From assembly GCA_964016885.1 (NCBI GenBank), contig OZ024741.1:145018001-145082000 (forward strand): a stretch of 64,000 nt of DNA, in the 5' to 3' direction. A model generated the notes under the pieces. It searched no databases. It saw only the letters and a program-made list of their open reading frames with translations, and was not told the origin of the DNA. The stretch is from Eledone cirrhosa. Taxonomy: Eukaryota. The number at the start of each line of letters is the position of its first letter. The stretch's first letter is position 1. Position numbers and translations under genes: made by a program. Shown here in pieces: positions 12,340 to 25,985 of the stretch.

Positions 12340-14439
12340 AATGAGGAGAATAAATGGGAAAAAGATAGTCTGCCCCACATCGATCCAATAGAGGGACCAG
12401 CAGTGCAAGTTGAAGGTAGTATAATAAGTAAGGCAATCAAAGATATGAAAACAGGCAAGGCAGATAGTTGCTGAAATGCTGAAAGCATCTGGAATGGTGG
12501 GACACACTATGGTCACCCGGATAGTAAACCAAATCATACAGAATGTGGTCATACCAAATGACTGGCATAGCAGCATCATCATTAACTGCTACAAGGGTAA
12601 AGGAGATGCCCTAGATAGGGAAACTATAGAGACAATAAATTAATTGACCAGGTCATGACGGTCACAGAAAAAGATATAGCGCAACTAATCAGAGAACGAA
12701 TTGATCCAGATGAAATGCACTTTGAGTTTGTGTCAGGTAAAAGTACAACAGACGCTCTTTTCCTTGTACAACAACTACAGGAGAAGTACCTAGCTAAAAG
12801 TAAACCCCTATACTTAGCTTTTGTTGACTTGGAGAAAGCATTTGACAGAGTCCCCACGCCATTATCTGGTGGGCCCTTAGAAAACTAGGGGTTGATGGAT
12901 GGCTTGTGAGAGCTATACAAGCCATGTATTAAGAAACAGTCAGTAAGGTTAGAATTAACAAGGAATATAGTGAAGAATTTAACGTAAAAGTTGGTGTTCA
13001 TCAGGGGGCTCTGTCCTTAGCCTCCTCCTATTTATTATTGCCCTTCAGGCTATAACAGAAGATTTCAAGATCGGCTGCCCATGGAAACTTCTATATGCAG
13101 ATGATCTAATGTTCATAGCTGAATTGATGGCTGAACTAGAGAAGAAATTCCAAACATGGAAGCATGGCCTAGAATCAAAAGGTCTTAAAGTTAACTTGTC
13201 TAAGACTAAAGTTCTAGTATGTAGGAAGGAAAATAGGGCACAAGTCCCCTCTGGGAAATGGCCATGCTCAGTGTGTAGGAAAGGAGTAGAGAGAAATTCC
13301 ATTTTATGTCCCAAATGCAAAGTATGGGTGCATAAAAGATGTAGTGGGATCACAGGGAAGCTATCTAAGAATGTAGATTTTATATGTGGCCGGTGCTCAG
13401 GTGCAATAAGTAGCAAGTGCCCACAGGATAGTAGCTCCTTCTATTGCTCAGATGGCTCTATAGAAATAGTGGACACCTTCCGTTACCTGGGTGACAAAAT
13501 CAGCAGTGGTGGAGGGTACTCTGAAAGTACAGTAGCCAGAGTCAGACGGGATGGAAAAAGTTCAGAGAGCTAATACCACTATTGGCCACTAAAGGTTTCT
13601 CGGTAAAAATGAAAGGCAGAATGTATGATGCCTGCATACGAACAGCAATGTTACATGGCAGTGAGACATGGGCATTGTGTGCAGAGGATCTGGAGAGGAA
13701 CGAAGCATTCATGCTCCATTGGATGTGTAATAGTAATATACGTGAACAGCAAAGCATAAATGAACTAAGTGAGAAATTAGGTATAAGAGGGATCAGATGC
13801 TGTTTACTCGAGTGAAGACTATGTTGGTAGGACACGTGATGCACATGAAAGACGACAGCTGTATAAAAAAGTGCAGGGCGATCAAAAGTGATGGAAGTTA
13901 CGGAGTAGGCAGACCCAGAAAAACCTGGGATGATTTGATAAATTCCAACCTTACACACTTACACCTCTCTAAGACAATGGCACTGGACCGAGATCTTTGG
14001 CGCTATGCAGTAATACAGAAGACCCGCCTTGCCTAAGTACAAAGCAAAACCTACAGTCAGTAGGCACCTCTTAATCAAATATACACCCCCATCCCACTAC
14101 CCCAACTCCCCCACCCCACCCATGAACACCACCCCTTTCTCCGTAAAGTTATGTTTGTACCACAACATCCAGTCCTAAATAAATGAGGTTGTGTAGGTGT
14201 CACAACAAAAAAAAAACCACACACTCCACGCTGTAATGTGGCCGTGTAAGTAACACGGTAAAAACCTCCCACTCCACACTGTAAACATGGTTGGTGTTAG
14301 GAAGGACATCCAGCCATAGAAAACCTGCCAGACAGTCCTATACGAGTGAGATGACCAATCTTGCCTCAGGTGGGACAATTCCTGTCTAAACCCATGCTAG
14401 CGTGGAAGATGGACGTTAAACGATGATGATGATGATGAT
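12340..14439 (+). mobile_element. RTE LINE family C, 5'-truncated, disrupted RT plus PHD plus 3' UTR
   Basis: FVDLEKAFDRV, YADDL, CSVC...WVHKRC...CGRC and GRPRKTW motifs; (GAT)n tail. Confidence 0.93.
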
Positions 14440-14919
14440 AAGTTTTTCTACACATGGGTTCGACAAAGCCTAAAGTTAATCTAACTTTAATGGATGCCTT
14501 GTGTTAACCAATGCCTCTGGTAAATGACTATTGCACAAGATAACACACAGTGACCATATGATTGCAAAGTAAATTAAACCATTTGGCTAAGCTGTTTGAA
14601 TTAACAACAATTTCTGAGGGATACTGTAACATTATAAATTATGTCATTACTATGATAATAAATTGACATATGGTTCTTGTATAAAATTATTTTGGAAGAT
14701 TTTAAGTCAAATAGGATTGTTTTGGTTCCTAAAACCATAGCAGTTTTGGCCAGGCTGGAATCAAAAGAGTTAATGATGAACTAATTATAATGTGATTAAA
14801 TTTCCCCAAATTCCTCAGGAATTTAACGAGACAGTGTTTTTCATTAGAAATGCTGCAATAAATGGGTTAACTTGACTTGCTGCCATTCATTGAGAAATAT
14901 AGCACCACAGAGATTTTGC

Positions 14920-14984
<65 letters not shown>

Positions 14985-16803
14985 ATATTGGGTATGAATG
15001 CATGTGTGGGTGAAAGTGTTCTTGTATATAAATTACATAAGGCTATAATATGGAATATGAGAATACATGTACTTTAAATGTATATAGTTGCATGTATATG
15101 TCTACACTTGCACAAGTACACCCATCCACCCACATGCACACCCACCCACAAATACATATATCAAAGTACGTACATTTTTACACATTTCATTCTTAATTCA
15201 ATGGATATAATTACATGTATATGGCTGAACTTATATAGAAGTATATCAGAAATATAAATATGAAATGAGGCTCATATAAAATTGGAGCATCTCAGAGGAC
15301 AATTACAGAGAAAAAAATTAATAAATGGCATGACAGACCTTACTGGGATTGACTTGAAATTCTCAAAATCTATTTTCTCCAGCATTGACATCACTTCTGT
15401 GATGTAGAAATATTCTCTCAATATTGCAAAAATATTAAAATCAACTTTAAAATTCACTCAAGGCTTGGTCCTTGTTCTATTTCTTGTTTACAAACGTTGA
15501 GCTTGTATCACATAACACACAACATTATAGCTGAGTTATTTCACTTCAAATGTCTTTGCTCTTGAATATCATATTGAAACATATAAAGGATGAAAAGATC
15601 GCATAACATTCATCTGGTTTCTGGACAAAATTCTCTAACAAATTCCAGATAAACACCTGACACACAGATATGTTTCCATCCACCAAACACAACCATCAAG
15701 TGGGCCATGGTATTCAACTAGGACTGATATATGAAGCATGATTTAATAGACTGCCATTTGGTGCTCTTAAGTTAGACATAGCCAAAGCCAATGCTGGCTC
15801 AAAACCTATCAATGTTACAATCACACACACACATACAAAATCCCATATACAAGCACACATTTCTTAATGCTGTATGTACATTTATTTACTCACCAAATCA
15901 GTAAGGAAAAAAAGGAAGATACCCACATTCATTTTTTTTTGTTGCTTTTTACATGTAAATCAAGGAGGGAAGGGGTGTGCCTATGGTACTTTATTTTTTG
16001 AGATCTCTATGAATGTGAGGAGAACTGGTGACCTAAACCAAACGTTAACAACAGAGTGAACCCTGTTAAAGGTACCCAATGACTATTTTAAATAACAGTG
16101 AAATGACTCTCAAATTGCACTTTATTAGCTTGAAAAAGAAAGGTGCATTTGATAATGAAGATGTTGTTATATGCTCAGGGCTGATTAACAATGAAGCAAA
16201 ATAACCACATGCTTAGGGCATCAAGAGAAAGAAGGGGGGCAGAATTTTATTCAAGTTAATTGTATTTGTCATTAAAAAATTTTTTTTTTCAAGCTTTACA
16301 AATACTTAGGGTTTCAAAAGGACTGTATATGTGATGTCTGAATAAACAGATTCTGGTTATCATTGTGTTTTAAAAATAAAGTTTCTAAATTTTTCCTACT
16401 AATCTATATGATATCCTAAGTCATTAGAAAGAGATGATATAAGTAAAATTTCCCTGCTTATATTCAGTGCCCTAAGTAAACAATGTCAGCAATGGACTCA
16501 CTAGAATATGAGGACATTGGCAATCTATTTAGTCTGTTGTTGCAGAGACTGGTCAGATTTAAGCCAGAAAGACAATGACACATAAATAGAGCTGTCAGTG
16601 ATAATACTCAGTGTTGGATACCCAGCATTAAACTGTCAAGCTTGATGATAAAATGAATAGATTGTGAAGACATGAAGAAGATATGCCAGGGAAAAATGAT
16701 GTATAAAATATGTTGAGAATGACATATAGAGAAAAAGACAGAAGGAGATGTGGGGAGGGTAGAAAGAGTGAGAGGCAAGAGAGAAGGATAGAGAGTGACA
16801 AAT

Positions 16804-16848
<45 letters not shown>

Positions 16849-16879
16849 CAATATCGGAGAAAGCTTTTTAGCGATACTC

Positions 16880-16920
<41 letters not shown>

Positions 16921-17119
16921 CAGAATTATCCCCCAAGTTAAGGCTAAAGTAGAAATTAAACTATGGGGTAACACTCATGAAGCAATAAGATGGTTTAATA
17001 ATATTACTGATAAGAAAAAATCAAAATTTATTCAGTTTCATATTGATGAATATTATTCCTCAATTTCACCTGATACTCTAGATGAAGCTCTTTCGTTCGC
17101 TAAGGCTAATTCCGACCTT

Positions 17120-18592
17120 ATGGATGCTGAAATTAAAATTATTATGGAAGCGAGGAAAACTATTGTTAAATTTGATGATAGCTACTGGGTTCGCAAAGAT
17201 AGACCTTCTAATTTTGATATTACTATGGGTTCCAATGATTCGGCGGAAGTAACAGATCTTGTGGGAATTTATATCACCCACAGACTACAAGGAAAATTCA
17301 AGGATCTCCACGGTGGAATCTACCATGACGATGCGCTCCTATCAGTTAAGCATATGAATAATCAGAATTTAGAAAGGATGCGTAAAAATATCAGAAAGCT
17401 TTTTAAGGAACTAGGATTAAATATTACATTTGAATATAACCTCAAAGAGGTCAATTTCCTTGATGTTACTTTGAATCTCAATACAGAAACGATTAAACCG
17501 TTCCATAAACTAAATGAGAACCTTAAATATGTAAATACGAGTTCTAACCATCCACTCTCTATAATTAAATCCATCCCTGGAAATGTTTCTCTGAGAATCT
17601 CCCGCCTGTCGTCCAACCAACAAACCTTCAAAGAACATGCCGAATATTATGATGATGCACTTAGGAAAGCCGGACACCTAGATAATATAGAGTATATAGT
17701 CGAAGATCACCAAAACACCCAAAATAAATCCCATAGGGGTAGAAATAGCACAGATTCACCACCATACATACACTACCGCAATAGACACAATAATAGTCGC
17801 ACACCACCAAACAGAAGGCGATGTAAAGAGTATATTTGGTACAACCCGGTCTATAACAACGCTATTAAAACCAATCTACCCTCACAATTCTTTCGATTAG
17901 TTAAAAAAGACTTTCCAACATCACATAAATATAATAAAATCTTAAACCCTAACACTATTCGACTTTCATATTCAACCGCCCCTATTATTGAACAACATAT
18001 AAAAAAGCTTAACGCAAAACGGTTGTATAAACGCCTTCCAACACATAACAATACACGTAAAACATTAGCTATAACATCACAAAACAACAAACAACATCCT
18101 GTCCTACCTAAGCAACCTCATCAACCCATCCATGCCAATACAACAACGCAAAATTATAACTGTAACTGTGTCCAACCAGGAATGTGTCCGTTGAACAATC
18201 AGTGTCTTGAACGCAACATCATATACAAATGTACTATCGAATCGGATAGACAGAAGTGGTACTATGTGGGATCTACAGCCACTTCCTTCAAATCACGCCT
18301 TTATAGACATCGTTACTCGATAAAACATGAAAACCAGCGTTATGTAACAACACTCGCAGACAAGGCTTGGCAGCTGCGTGAAAATAACCAACAATTTAAC
18401 CTAAAATGGGATATAATAGTGACTGCCCCTCCATATATCCACGGACAGGAATTTTGTAAATTATGTAATATGGAATTATTTTGTATTATGAAATCCAAAA
18501 ACATTTTATTAAATAACAGAATAGAGCGATCGTTATACTGTAACCATCGCTTAAAATCTACATTTTCATATTACAAATACTACAAGGATTGA
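17120..18592 (+). CDS. PLE RT-GIY-YIG ORF remnant (490 aa; upstream part frameshifted)
   Basis: CNCVQPGMCPLNNQC; NIIYKC...YYVGST...FKSRLYRH; CKLCNME; LLNNR...CNH. Confidence 0.85.
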   Translation: MDAEIKIIMEARKTIVKFDDSYWVRKDRPSNFDITMGSNDSAEVTDLVGIYITHRLQGKFKDLHGGIYHDDALLSVKHMNNQNLERMRKNIRKLFKELGLNITFEYNLKEVNFLDVTLNLNTETIKPFHKLNENLKYVNTSSNHPLSIIKSIPGNVSLRISRLSSNQQTFKEHAEYYDDALRKAGHLDNIEYIVEDHQNTQNKSHRGRNSTDSPPYIHYRNRHNNSRTPPNRRRCKEYIWYNPVYNNAIKTNLPSQFFRLVKKDFPTSHKYNKILNPNTIRLSYSTAPIIEQHIKKLNAKRLYKRLPTHNNTRKTLAITSQNNKQHPVLPKQPHQPIHANTTTQNYNCNCVQPGMCPLNNQCLERNIIYKCTIESDRQKWYYVGSTATSFKSRLYRHRYSIKHENQRYVTTLADKAWQLRENNQQFNLKWDIIVTAPPYIHGQEFCKLCNMELFCIMKSKNILLNNRIERSLYCNHRLKSTFSYYKYYKD

Positions 18593-19071
18593 ACGCCTGT
18601 CTCTATCTCCGTTTGATTGTCAAAATACATATTAACATTCTCTATTAGTCTTAATTCTATCAACTCTTCTATTATTTACCATTTAATATAAACTGCTATA
18701 GATAAAATGAGATTTCTTAATTCAATTCCCTAATGCATATATACCAGCTGGCTACTAGCATTGATGTTATTCAGTAGAAGTCGAAATCTCCCCCTTCCTC
18801 AATTGACACTTTATAATTAATACTACTACACCAAATGACCAGCCCTGTCCATTGTTCAATTGGTCAAGTATAGATTAAAATAGGCACTCCCAAAAATTCT
18901 TATTTAGATAAAATAAACCATTTACTCATTGTATTCTCATTAGAAACCCTTTATATACTTGTTTAGCAGTAAATTGAATTACCATCTGTCATATACTATC
19001 CCTTCTTTTCTTCCTCTATTACAACTAATATAAATACTTCAATTTTTCTGATTTTATCCAATTTATCCAAA

Positions 19072-19188
19072 ATCTCTGAAGAAGTGACAACTGATTATAC
19101 ATTTGCTATCGAATACTTGCTAACATTATATGATTACGCAAGCAGCGATACATAGGTATTCCATCTGTTACAGAAACATATGTCAATA
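19072..19188 (+). ncRNA. Type I hammerhead-like motif with long stem II (stem I defective)
   Basis: CTGAAGA-AGTGACA...TGTTACA-GAAAC-ATAT-GTC. Confidence 0.55.
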
Positions 19189-19240
19189 CCTAATAAATTC
19201 CTTTTTTTTAAAAAGAGCACTTTCATTTTATATTCATTTT

Positions 19241-19347
<107 letters not shown>

Positions 19348-19644
19348 CAGGAAAGATTGCATGATATGTGCACTCACTAGATATATGCAGATATATGAAT
19401 ACAAATATATATGTACTCACATATATACATTAACACTCTAGTTTTTCAACTGGTATGCATATATACAAGTCTACACCATTCTCCTTAAACACTACAACCA
19501 TTCCAACCAGGTGAAAAGAAATGGCCAAGTGAATATAACAGTGGACTATCAACTTACGGATCTGTCTTCAGTTCAACCACTGCAGACTTAACATTGCAAC
19601 GTTTTTCGAAATATTTGCTTCTGTGTTCACAGATTGATTTTTTT

Positions 19645-19695
19645 AGTTTCAGAAGATCCCGTTAAGGGTGAAAGCAGTGATTCTTTGCTTAAACT
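19645..19695 (+). ncRNA. Hammerhead-like motif with CAGAAGA core variant
   Basis: AGTTT-CAGAAGA-TCCC gttaa GGGT-GAAA-GCAG tgattct TTGC-TT-AAACT. Confidence 0.5.
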
Positions 19696-19949
19696 TTAAT
19701 CTGTTATTTTAATATATATATATATATATATATAAGCTAGTTTAGGTTTAATCAATGCATACAAAATGTATATCGATGTTTCTCAGTACAAAGCTCAATA
19801 AACGTCTGTTCAGAGTATTTGTAATATAAGCATAAACGATATAAAACAGGATATATCAATTAAGAAACAAACTAATATTTTGTACATATATATAGAACAA
19901 ATAATATATATATTTAAGTAGATACTCCTAGGTATTAAAGTGGGCTATA

Positions 19950-20353
19950 CTTTTATAGACAGATCTGTTTCTGGAAATAAATAAAGGAATGCTAATCTTC
20001 GATCACATGAGAAACATTATCGATAGACATTTTGTTTTGATTAAACCTAAGATTAGCTTATTTCTACTCCTAGTTTGTCTGAATTAATTTTAGTTGCCTA
20101 AAATGTATTTACCTGGAGCTCTTTCTAAGGCCTGTCCTGTTTTATCTACCCTTCTGTAAAACCATGTGGAAATTATTTTAAAAACATCTTCCAAAGGTAG
20201 ATGACTAGTATTTTAATACAGCATGAAATATATATAGCAAAGACCTAACTGATAAAGGAATTCATGGTCTTAAGATGTTTACCAAAATCGATAATTGGTG
20301 ATCGATAGTTAGCATTTCTTTTTTGATTTCCAGAAACAGATCTGTCTGTAAAG
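19950..20353. mobile_element. MITE with ~70-bp imperfect terminal inverted repeats
   Basis: AGACAGATCTGTTTCTGGAAAT...AATGCTAA..TCGATCAC at 19957-20003 is mirrored at ~20295-20347. Confidence 0.7.
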
Positions 20354-20649
20354 TGTTGGTGTTGGGGGGGTCATAAAAAATGCACCTAGTACATCCTGTA
20401 AAGTGGTTGCGTTGATGCCATGAAAAAATGCACCCTGTAAGGTGGTTTGTGTTAGAAAGGACATCTAACCCTAGAAACCATGCCAAATATAGAATGTTTG
20501 AGCAAGATGGGTTGATCCAGCCTGTCTGGTCTTGACCATGGTAACCTGTCCAAACCATGCCAGCATGGAAAGTAGATGTAAAATCCTGACGATGGTGATA
20601 ATGTTATATTGCTGAAGACTGTGTTTGGGGATTTGCTTGTATCATACAA

Positions 20650-21025
20650 TAATTGTTTCTACTTTAGGCACAAGGCCAGCAATTATCCAGTGCATTACTG
20701 GTACTTTATTTTATCGACCCCGTAAGGATGAAAGGCAAAGTCAACCTCGGCGGGATTTGAACTCAGATTGTAAAGGGACGTAACTATGCTGGAAAGCATG
20801 GCGTCCGACCCTCTACCGATACTGCCAAATACAATAATTGTTTCTACTTTTGGCACAAGGCCAGCAATTACCCAGTACATTACTGGTACTTTATTTTATC
20901 GACCCCGTAAGGATGAAAGGCAAAGTTAACCTCGGCGGAATTTGAACTCAGATCATAAAGGGACGTAACTCTATGCTTCAAAACATGGTGTCCGACTCTC
21001 TACCGATACTGCCAATCCACTGCCA
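20650..21025 (-). mobile_element. Two tandem tRNA-derived SINEs (Meta/MESC-like central domain)
   Basis: A box TGGCAGTATCGG, B box GTTCAAAT(C/T)C, body GCCTTTCATCCTTACGGGGTCGATAAAATAAAGTACCAG. The domain name is from memory. Confidence 0.9.
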
Positions 21026-22164
21026 AATACAATAATGTAACCTAATTCTCCTCTATACTGTCATATAGAACTATTAGGTATTATCTACGAGAAAACAACT
21101 TTCTTTTTCGTTCTTTTAACCCTTTCATTTCCATAATTCTAAAGAAAGACCCAGCTTATGATTTTCAAATAATTTTGAAAATAATCAAGAATTTGAAAAA
21201 AACCTCGGTTATAGAACTAACTTTCTCAATATCAAGATGGAGTCTAGAACATAACAAAGTTTCTTACATAAAATAAGATGAATATAAGCATATTAAAGTA
21301 AGCACTTTTGTATTGTAGAAACAGGGCTTGTTAATTCTAGAATAAAAAGTACCATATTTATCAGCATATAACAGAGACCTTAAATTTGAGAAAGAAAGTT
21401 AGGTAAATAAAATTGCACACAGGTATATTTTAGGCCCCCAATTTTAGGAAATGTGAGTGTTATATGCTGATACACACAACAATGGCAAATGTAAAGTTGC
21501 AGCAATCCCAGCCTACATATATAGGATTGGTTGTTATTAGTTTATGCATTACAAAGAAGCAGTAATAATGATTTGCTTGCATTAATGCAAACAGGCAGCA
21601 CTTTGAACATTTAATGTAACTATATATAGACTTAAATGAAGTACCTATGTATTATTAATTACATTTGGAATAAAGTTTAACATTCGACGATGAGACAACA
21701 ATGATAGTGATGAGGGGGATGAAAATGATGATGATGTTTATGGTAATGATGATGAAGTCAAGAATGGGGTGATTGATGATGATGATGAAGTCAATGATGA
21801 GAACAATGATGATCATTGTGATGGTGATATCTTATGTTTGATAAAGAATTGTTGTGTTAATAATTGAAGTTAAGTGCAACTGTGGATGACTAACAAAAAG
21901 TTACATTTACAATGATGCAATTAGGCCAGACTAGAGAAAATGAGATAGAATAAAATAGAAGATACTTTGATTAGGTGTGAGTGGTGGTAGGCAGATAGAC
22001 ACTCAAACCTAGAGATAGATAGATTTGAAGGTAAGTAGGTTGTTAGATTGATAGATAGATATATTAAGTGCCAAACTGATAGATTGCCATATAGACACAC
22101 ACACACATATATATAGATATACATATTCATATACATACACACACATATATATATATATAGATAT

Positions 22165-22196
<32 letters not shown>

Positions 22197-22235
22197 GTCT
22201 CACTCATATAGGACTGTCTGGCAAGTTTTATATAT

Positions 22236-22684
22236 ACACCCCGTCCCGCCACCACCCCCACCCCATCCACACCACCCCGTTCTATGTAAAGTTATGTTGG
22301 TGCCGCGCCATCCAGGCCGAAACAAATGAGATCGTGTAGGTGTCACGACAAAAAAACACACAGTCCACGCTGTAATGTGGCCGTGTAGGCAACACGGTAA
22401 AAACCTCCCAGACCCACACTGTAAATGTGGTTGGTGTTAGGAAGGGCATTCAACTGTAGAAAACCTGCCAGACAGTCCTATGCGAGCAAGACAATCACTC
22501 TTGCCTCAAGTGGGACTACCCCCGTCCAAACCCATGCAAGCGTGGAACACGGACGTTAAACGTTGATGATGATGATGATGATGAGTGAGACATGGTCTCG
22601 CGACCATTCTTGCTTCCAGTGGGACAATTCCCATCTAAACACATGCTAGCGTGGAAGATAGACGTTAAACGATGATGATGATGA
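22236..22684 (+). mobile_element. RTE family C 3' UTR copy with a tandem duplicated terminus
   Basis: Matches 14085-14439; two GACGTTAAACG...(GAT)n ends, at ~22583 and ~22684. Confidence 0.85.
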
Positions 22685-22696
22685 TATATACGTGTA

Positions 22697-22767
<71 letters not shown>

Positions 22768-22955
22768 ATAGATAGATAGATATACATATGTATATACATA
22801 TATCGAATGTATGACCATCATAAGCAAGATGCAAACCTCCTGGCTTGTCAGGGAGATCAGTAGCCCAGCTTGCTTCTTTAATGACTTGGTCTATGTAAAA
22901 CTGTCCAACCCTTACTAGCAGAGAAAGCAGACGTTAAATCATGATGATGATGAAG

Positions 22956-23022
<67 letters not shown>

Positions 23023-23169
23023 TATTTTCCGTTGTGTTGTAATATAAATATTACACACAGTAGATTGACAGCTCACGTAGAGTTTGCTCGACGGTTCCAG
23101 TTGAAATTCCAAAAGTAATCCGGAGAAAAATAGAAAGATTTGAATGGATACAGTTTAGTTGAAAGGAAT

Positions 23170-23290
23170 TTATTGACACGTGTTTCTATAACAGTTACAT
23201 AACCTGAAAACAGCTGCTATCTACAAAGTATTAGTTATGCAGACAATCAATATTTCAATGTTATTATTTACTGTTATTTCATCAGAATAA
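23170..23290 (-). ncRNA. Type I hammerhead ribozyme with expanded stem II and palindromic stem III
   Basis: TTATT-CTGATGA-AATAACAG...CTGTTATA-GAAAC-ACGT-GTC-AATAA. Confidence 0.78.
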
Positions 23291-24100
23291 TATTACTGAG
23301 GACCTGTTTGGTTTTTATAGAGAATATTAGGAGAGAGGGGTGAAGTTGTTAGAAGCATAGTTGAGGGAGTGGTTTTTTGATAGCAGTGAGAATTTTTTGG
23401 TGGCAGTGAGTAATTAGATTCCCATCTGTTGTTTTGACATTTTTATAGAATATATTATTGGTTATTTTTCTAAATCTATAGAGGGATTAGAGATAGTAAA
23501 GATATGCGTGGTTGGTTTTGTGTTTGCACTTAATTAACATTCAGACTTAAATTTTTTCTTTTCAGTGTACGTATCCTTTCACCCACGCATTCTCACACAA
23601 ACATATTTGCACCCCTCTACAAAATACATATACTCACATTCACATAGTAACATGTTCATACTTACATACATATACACATGCATACATATATATATATATA
23701 TACACACATGTATTCATGTACATACATACGCGTTCATGTGTGTACATTTTCATACTCAACTTATCTTTATATACACACGTATAGACACACACATATATAC
23801 ATACATACTCTAGTCTATGTGTATATATATACATATACATATATATCTATATCTATATATATATATATATATAAGCACTTTAATACATGAATACACTTAC
23901 ATCTAACTATACACATCAAACATATATATATATGTTTACTTATTTATATACATTTTCACATATATATACATACTTATGGTCGCTTTTAGACACATTCATT
24001 ATCGCATTTTTGCACCTATTCTCATCAGCATATCTTTCCATTATTAGTGTGGTAATTTGAGGATATTAATATACATATATATGTTGAGAAGAAATTGTTT

Positions 24101-25985
24101 TTATATTTTTCTAACTAGATTGAGGTTTATATAGTTGGGGGGATGTCCCTCTTTTATGTAATATTCGGCCTGTAGTGGGGAAAAAAGGGTTTTAGTTCGG
24201 TGACGGCAAAATAATGTTCGTTCAATTCTGTTATTCAGCAATTTCTTCTTGTGTGTGATTATGTAATAAATCTCAAGATTACACAATTTGCAGAAATTTT
24301 GGCTCCTGGAAAAGCTTTGGGTTTTAGCTAATTTCTCCCATTTTAGGGTAAACTTTTAATCGCTATCCCTGAGCGTCCAAGCTTTTTCTGCTAAAGTTGT
24401 TACAATTCTTTGGCTCTGGTGTTTTATTGAGTAAGAATGCCTATATAATCGAGATTTAAACGATGTTGCCGTTGATCCCACGTAATACCACCTGTTGCCT
24501 CCGGATTTAATGGTACACTTATAAATAATATTTTTTTCCACGCAGTTATTGCCGAGGGGGCAGTTGTCAGGATAGGTGCAGTTACAGTTGTGTACGCTGG
24601 GTTTTCTCTGGAGTAGTATTGCGGACGAACTTAGGTGTGGTTTATTTATGTTCTGTAGTGTATTGTCTACTGTTTTTTTTTGTGTTCTTTGTACTTAAGT
24701 TTTTAGTGTTTTCGTTTAACCTTCTAGTATTGATCTTTTTTATGTGTTGTTCAAGGTTTAACGCTGTAGAGTATGACAGTCTTATAGTGGTAGGGTTTAG
24801 GATTTTGTGGTATTTGTGTGATGTAGGAAAATGTCTCTTAATTATTTTAAAGAAGAGTACTGGTAAATTTGTACTAATGGAACTATTGTATTCGGGGTTA
24901 TACCATAAGTACTCTTTGCATCGCTTTCTATTAGTTTTGTTTGTTGGTTTACTGGTGTGCATACTATGGTAGTAAGTGTGGTTTGGTGTTGTGTTATTAT
25001 ATCTACCTATGTGGGATTTATTTTGGGTGTTTTGATTGTTCCCATCTATATACTCTATTTTGTTGAGGTGGCCTGCTTTACTAAGGGCGTTATCGTAGTA
25101 TTCGGCGTGTTCCTTAAATACTTGTATGCTAGAAGATAGACCCGAGATTCTAAGGGAAATATTTTTAGGGATAGATTTAATTATAGAGAGGGGGTGGTTA
25201 GAACCAACATTTACGTATTTGAGATTTTCATTCAATTTATGAAACGGTTTAATCAGACCAGAGTTTAAATTGAGTGTGACATCCAGGAAGTTAACTACTT
25301 TAAGGTTGTATTCATATGTTATAGTTAGTCCTATTTCGAGTAGTAGTTTTCTTATATCTTTGCGTAGTTTTTCTAGTTTTTGGTTATTAAGGTTTTTAGC
25401 TAGGAGGAGAACATCGTCGCGGTATATTCCGCCGTGGAGATTGCTGAATTTTTCCTGGAGTCTAAAGGCGATAAATAACCCCACAATATCAGTTATTTCC
25501 GCCGAATCGTTAGAGCCCATTGTTATGTCAAAGTTAGAGGGTCTATCTTTACGTACCCAATAACTGTTCTCAAATTTGACTATAGTTTTCCTAGCTTCTA
25601 ATATAATCTTAATTTCATCGTTTGTAAGGTCAGAGTTATCCTTAGCAAACTTAATGGCTCTATTCAAAGTTTCAGGTGATATCGATGAGTAATATTCATC
25701 GATATCAAACTGGATAAACTTAGATTTATTCTTATTGCTAATGCTATTAAACCATCTTATTGCTTCTTGGGTTTTCCCCCAGAGTTTAATGTTAACCTTA
25801 GCCTTAATTTGGGGGATAATTCTATCTAAGATATATTTGCTTATTTTACCTATATCTGATTTAGAGGGGCAGATTAATCTAATTTTAGGGTCATTATCAA
25901 AGTTTACCTTATGGTCCTTAAGAATGAAGGTGGGAACCGCCGGTAAGAGTGGTCCTGTCCTATCTTCGATTCCGAGATTTTTCAC
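24101..25985 (-). pseudogene. PLE RT-GIY-YIG ORF broken by stops/frameshifts
   Basis: Collinear ORF pieces 24642-25985, 24356-24541 and 24101-24286, homologous to 17120-18592. Confidence 0.88.

Larger units (their letters stand above)
16919..19230 (+). mobile_element. Naiad-type Penelope-like element, 5'-truncated at (TA)n
   Basis: PLE RT (ITMGSNDSAE, GIYHDD, FLDVTL, SNHP), CxCx5Cx5C linker, GIY-YIG, and a 3' HHR-like motif. Confidence 0.9.

Noticed and set aside
17120-19200. Selenoprotein Naiad (in-frame UGA plus SECIS)
   Set aside because: Conserved Cys residues use TGT/TGC codons, there is no internal in-frame TGA, and no convincing SECIS was seen.
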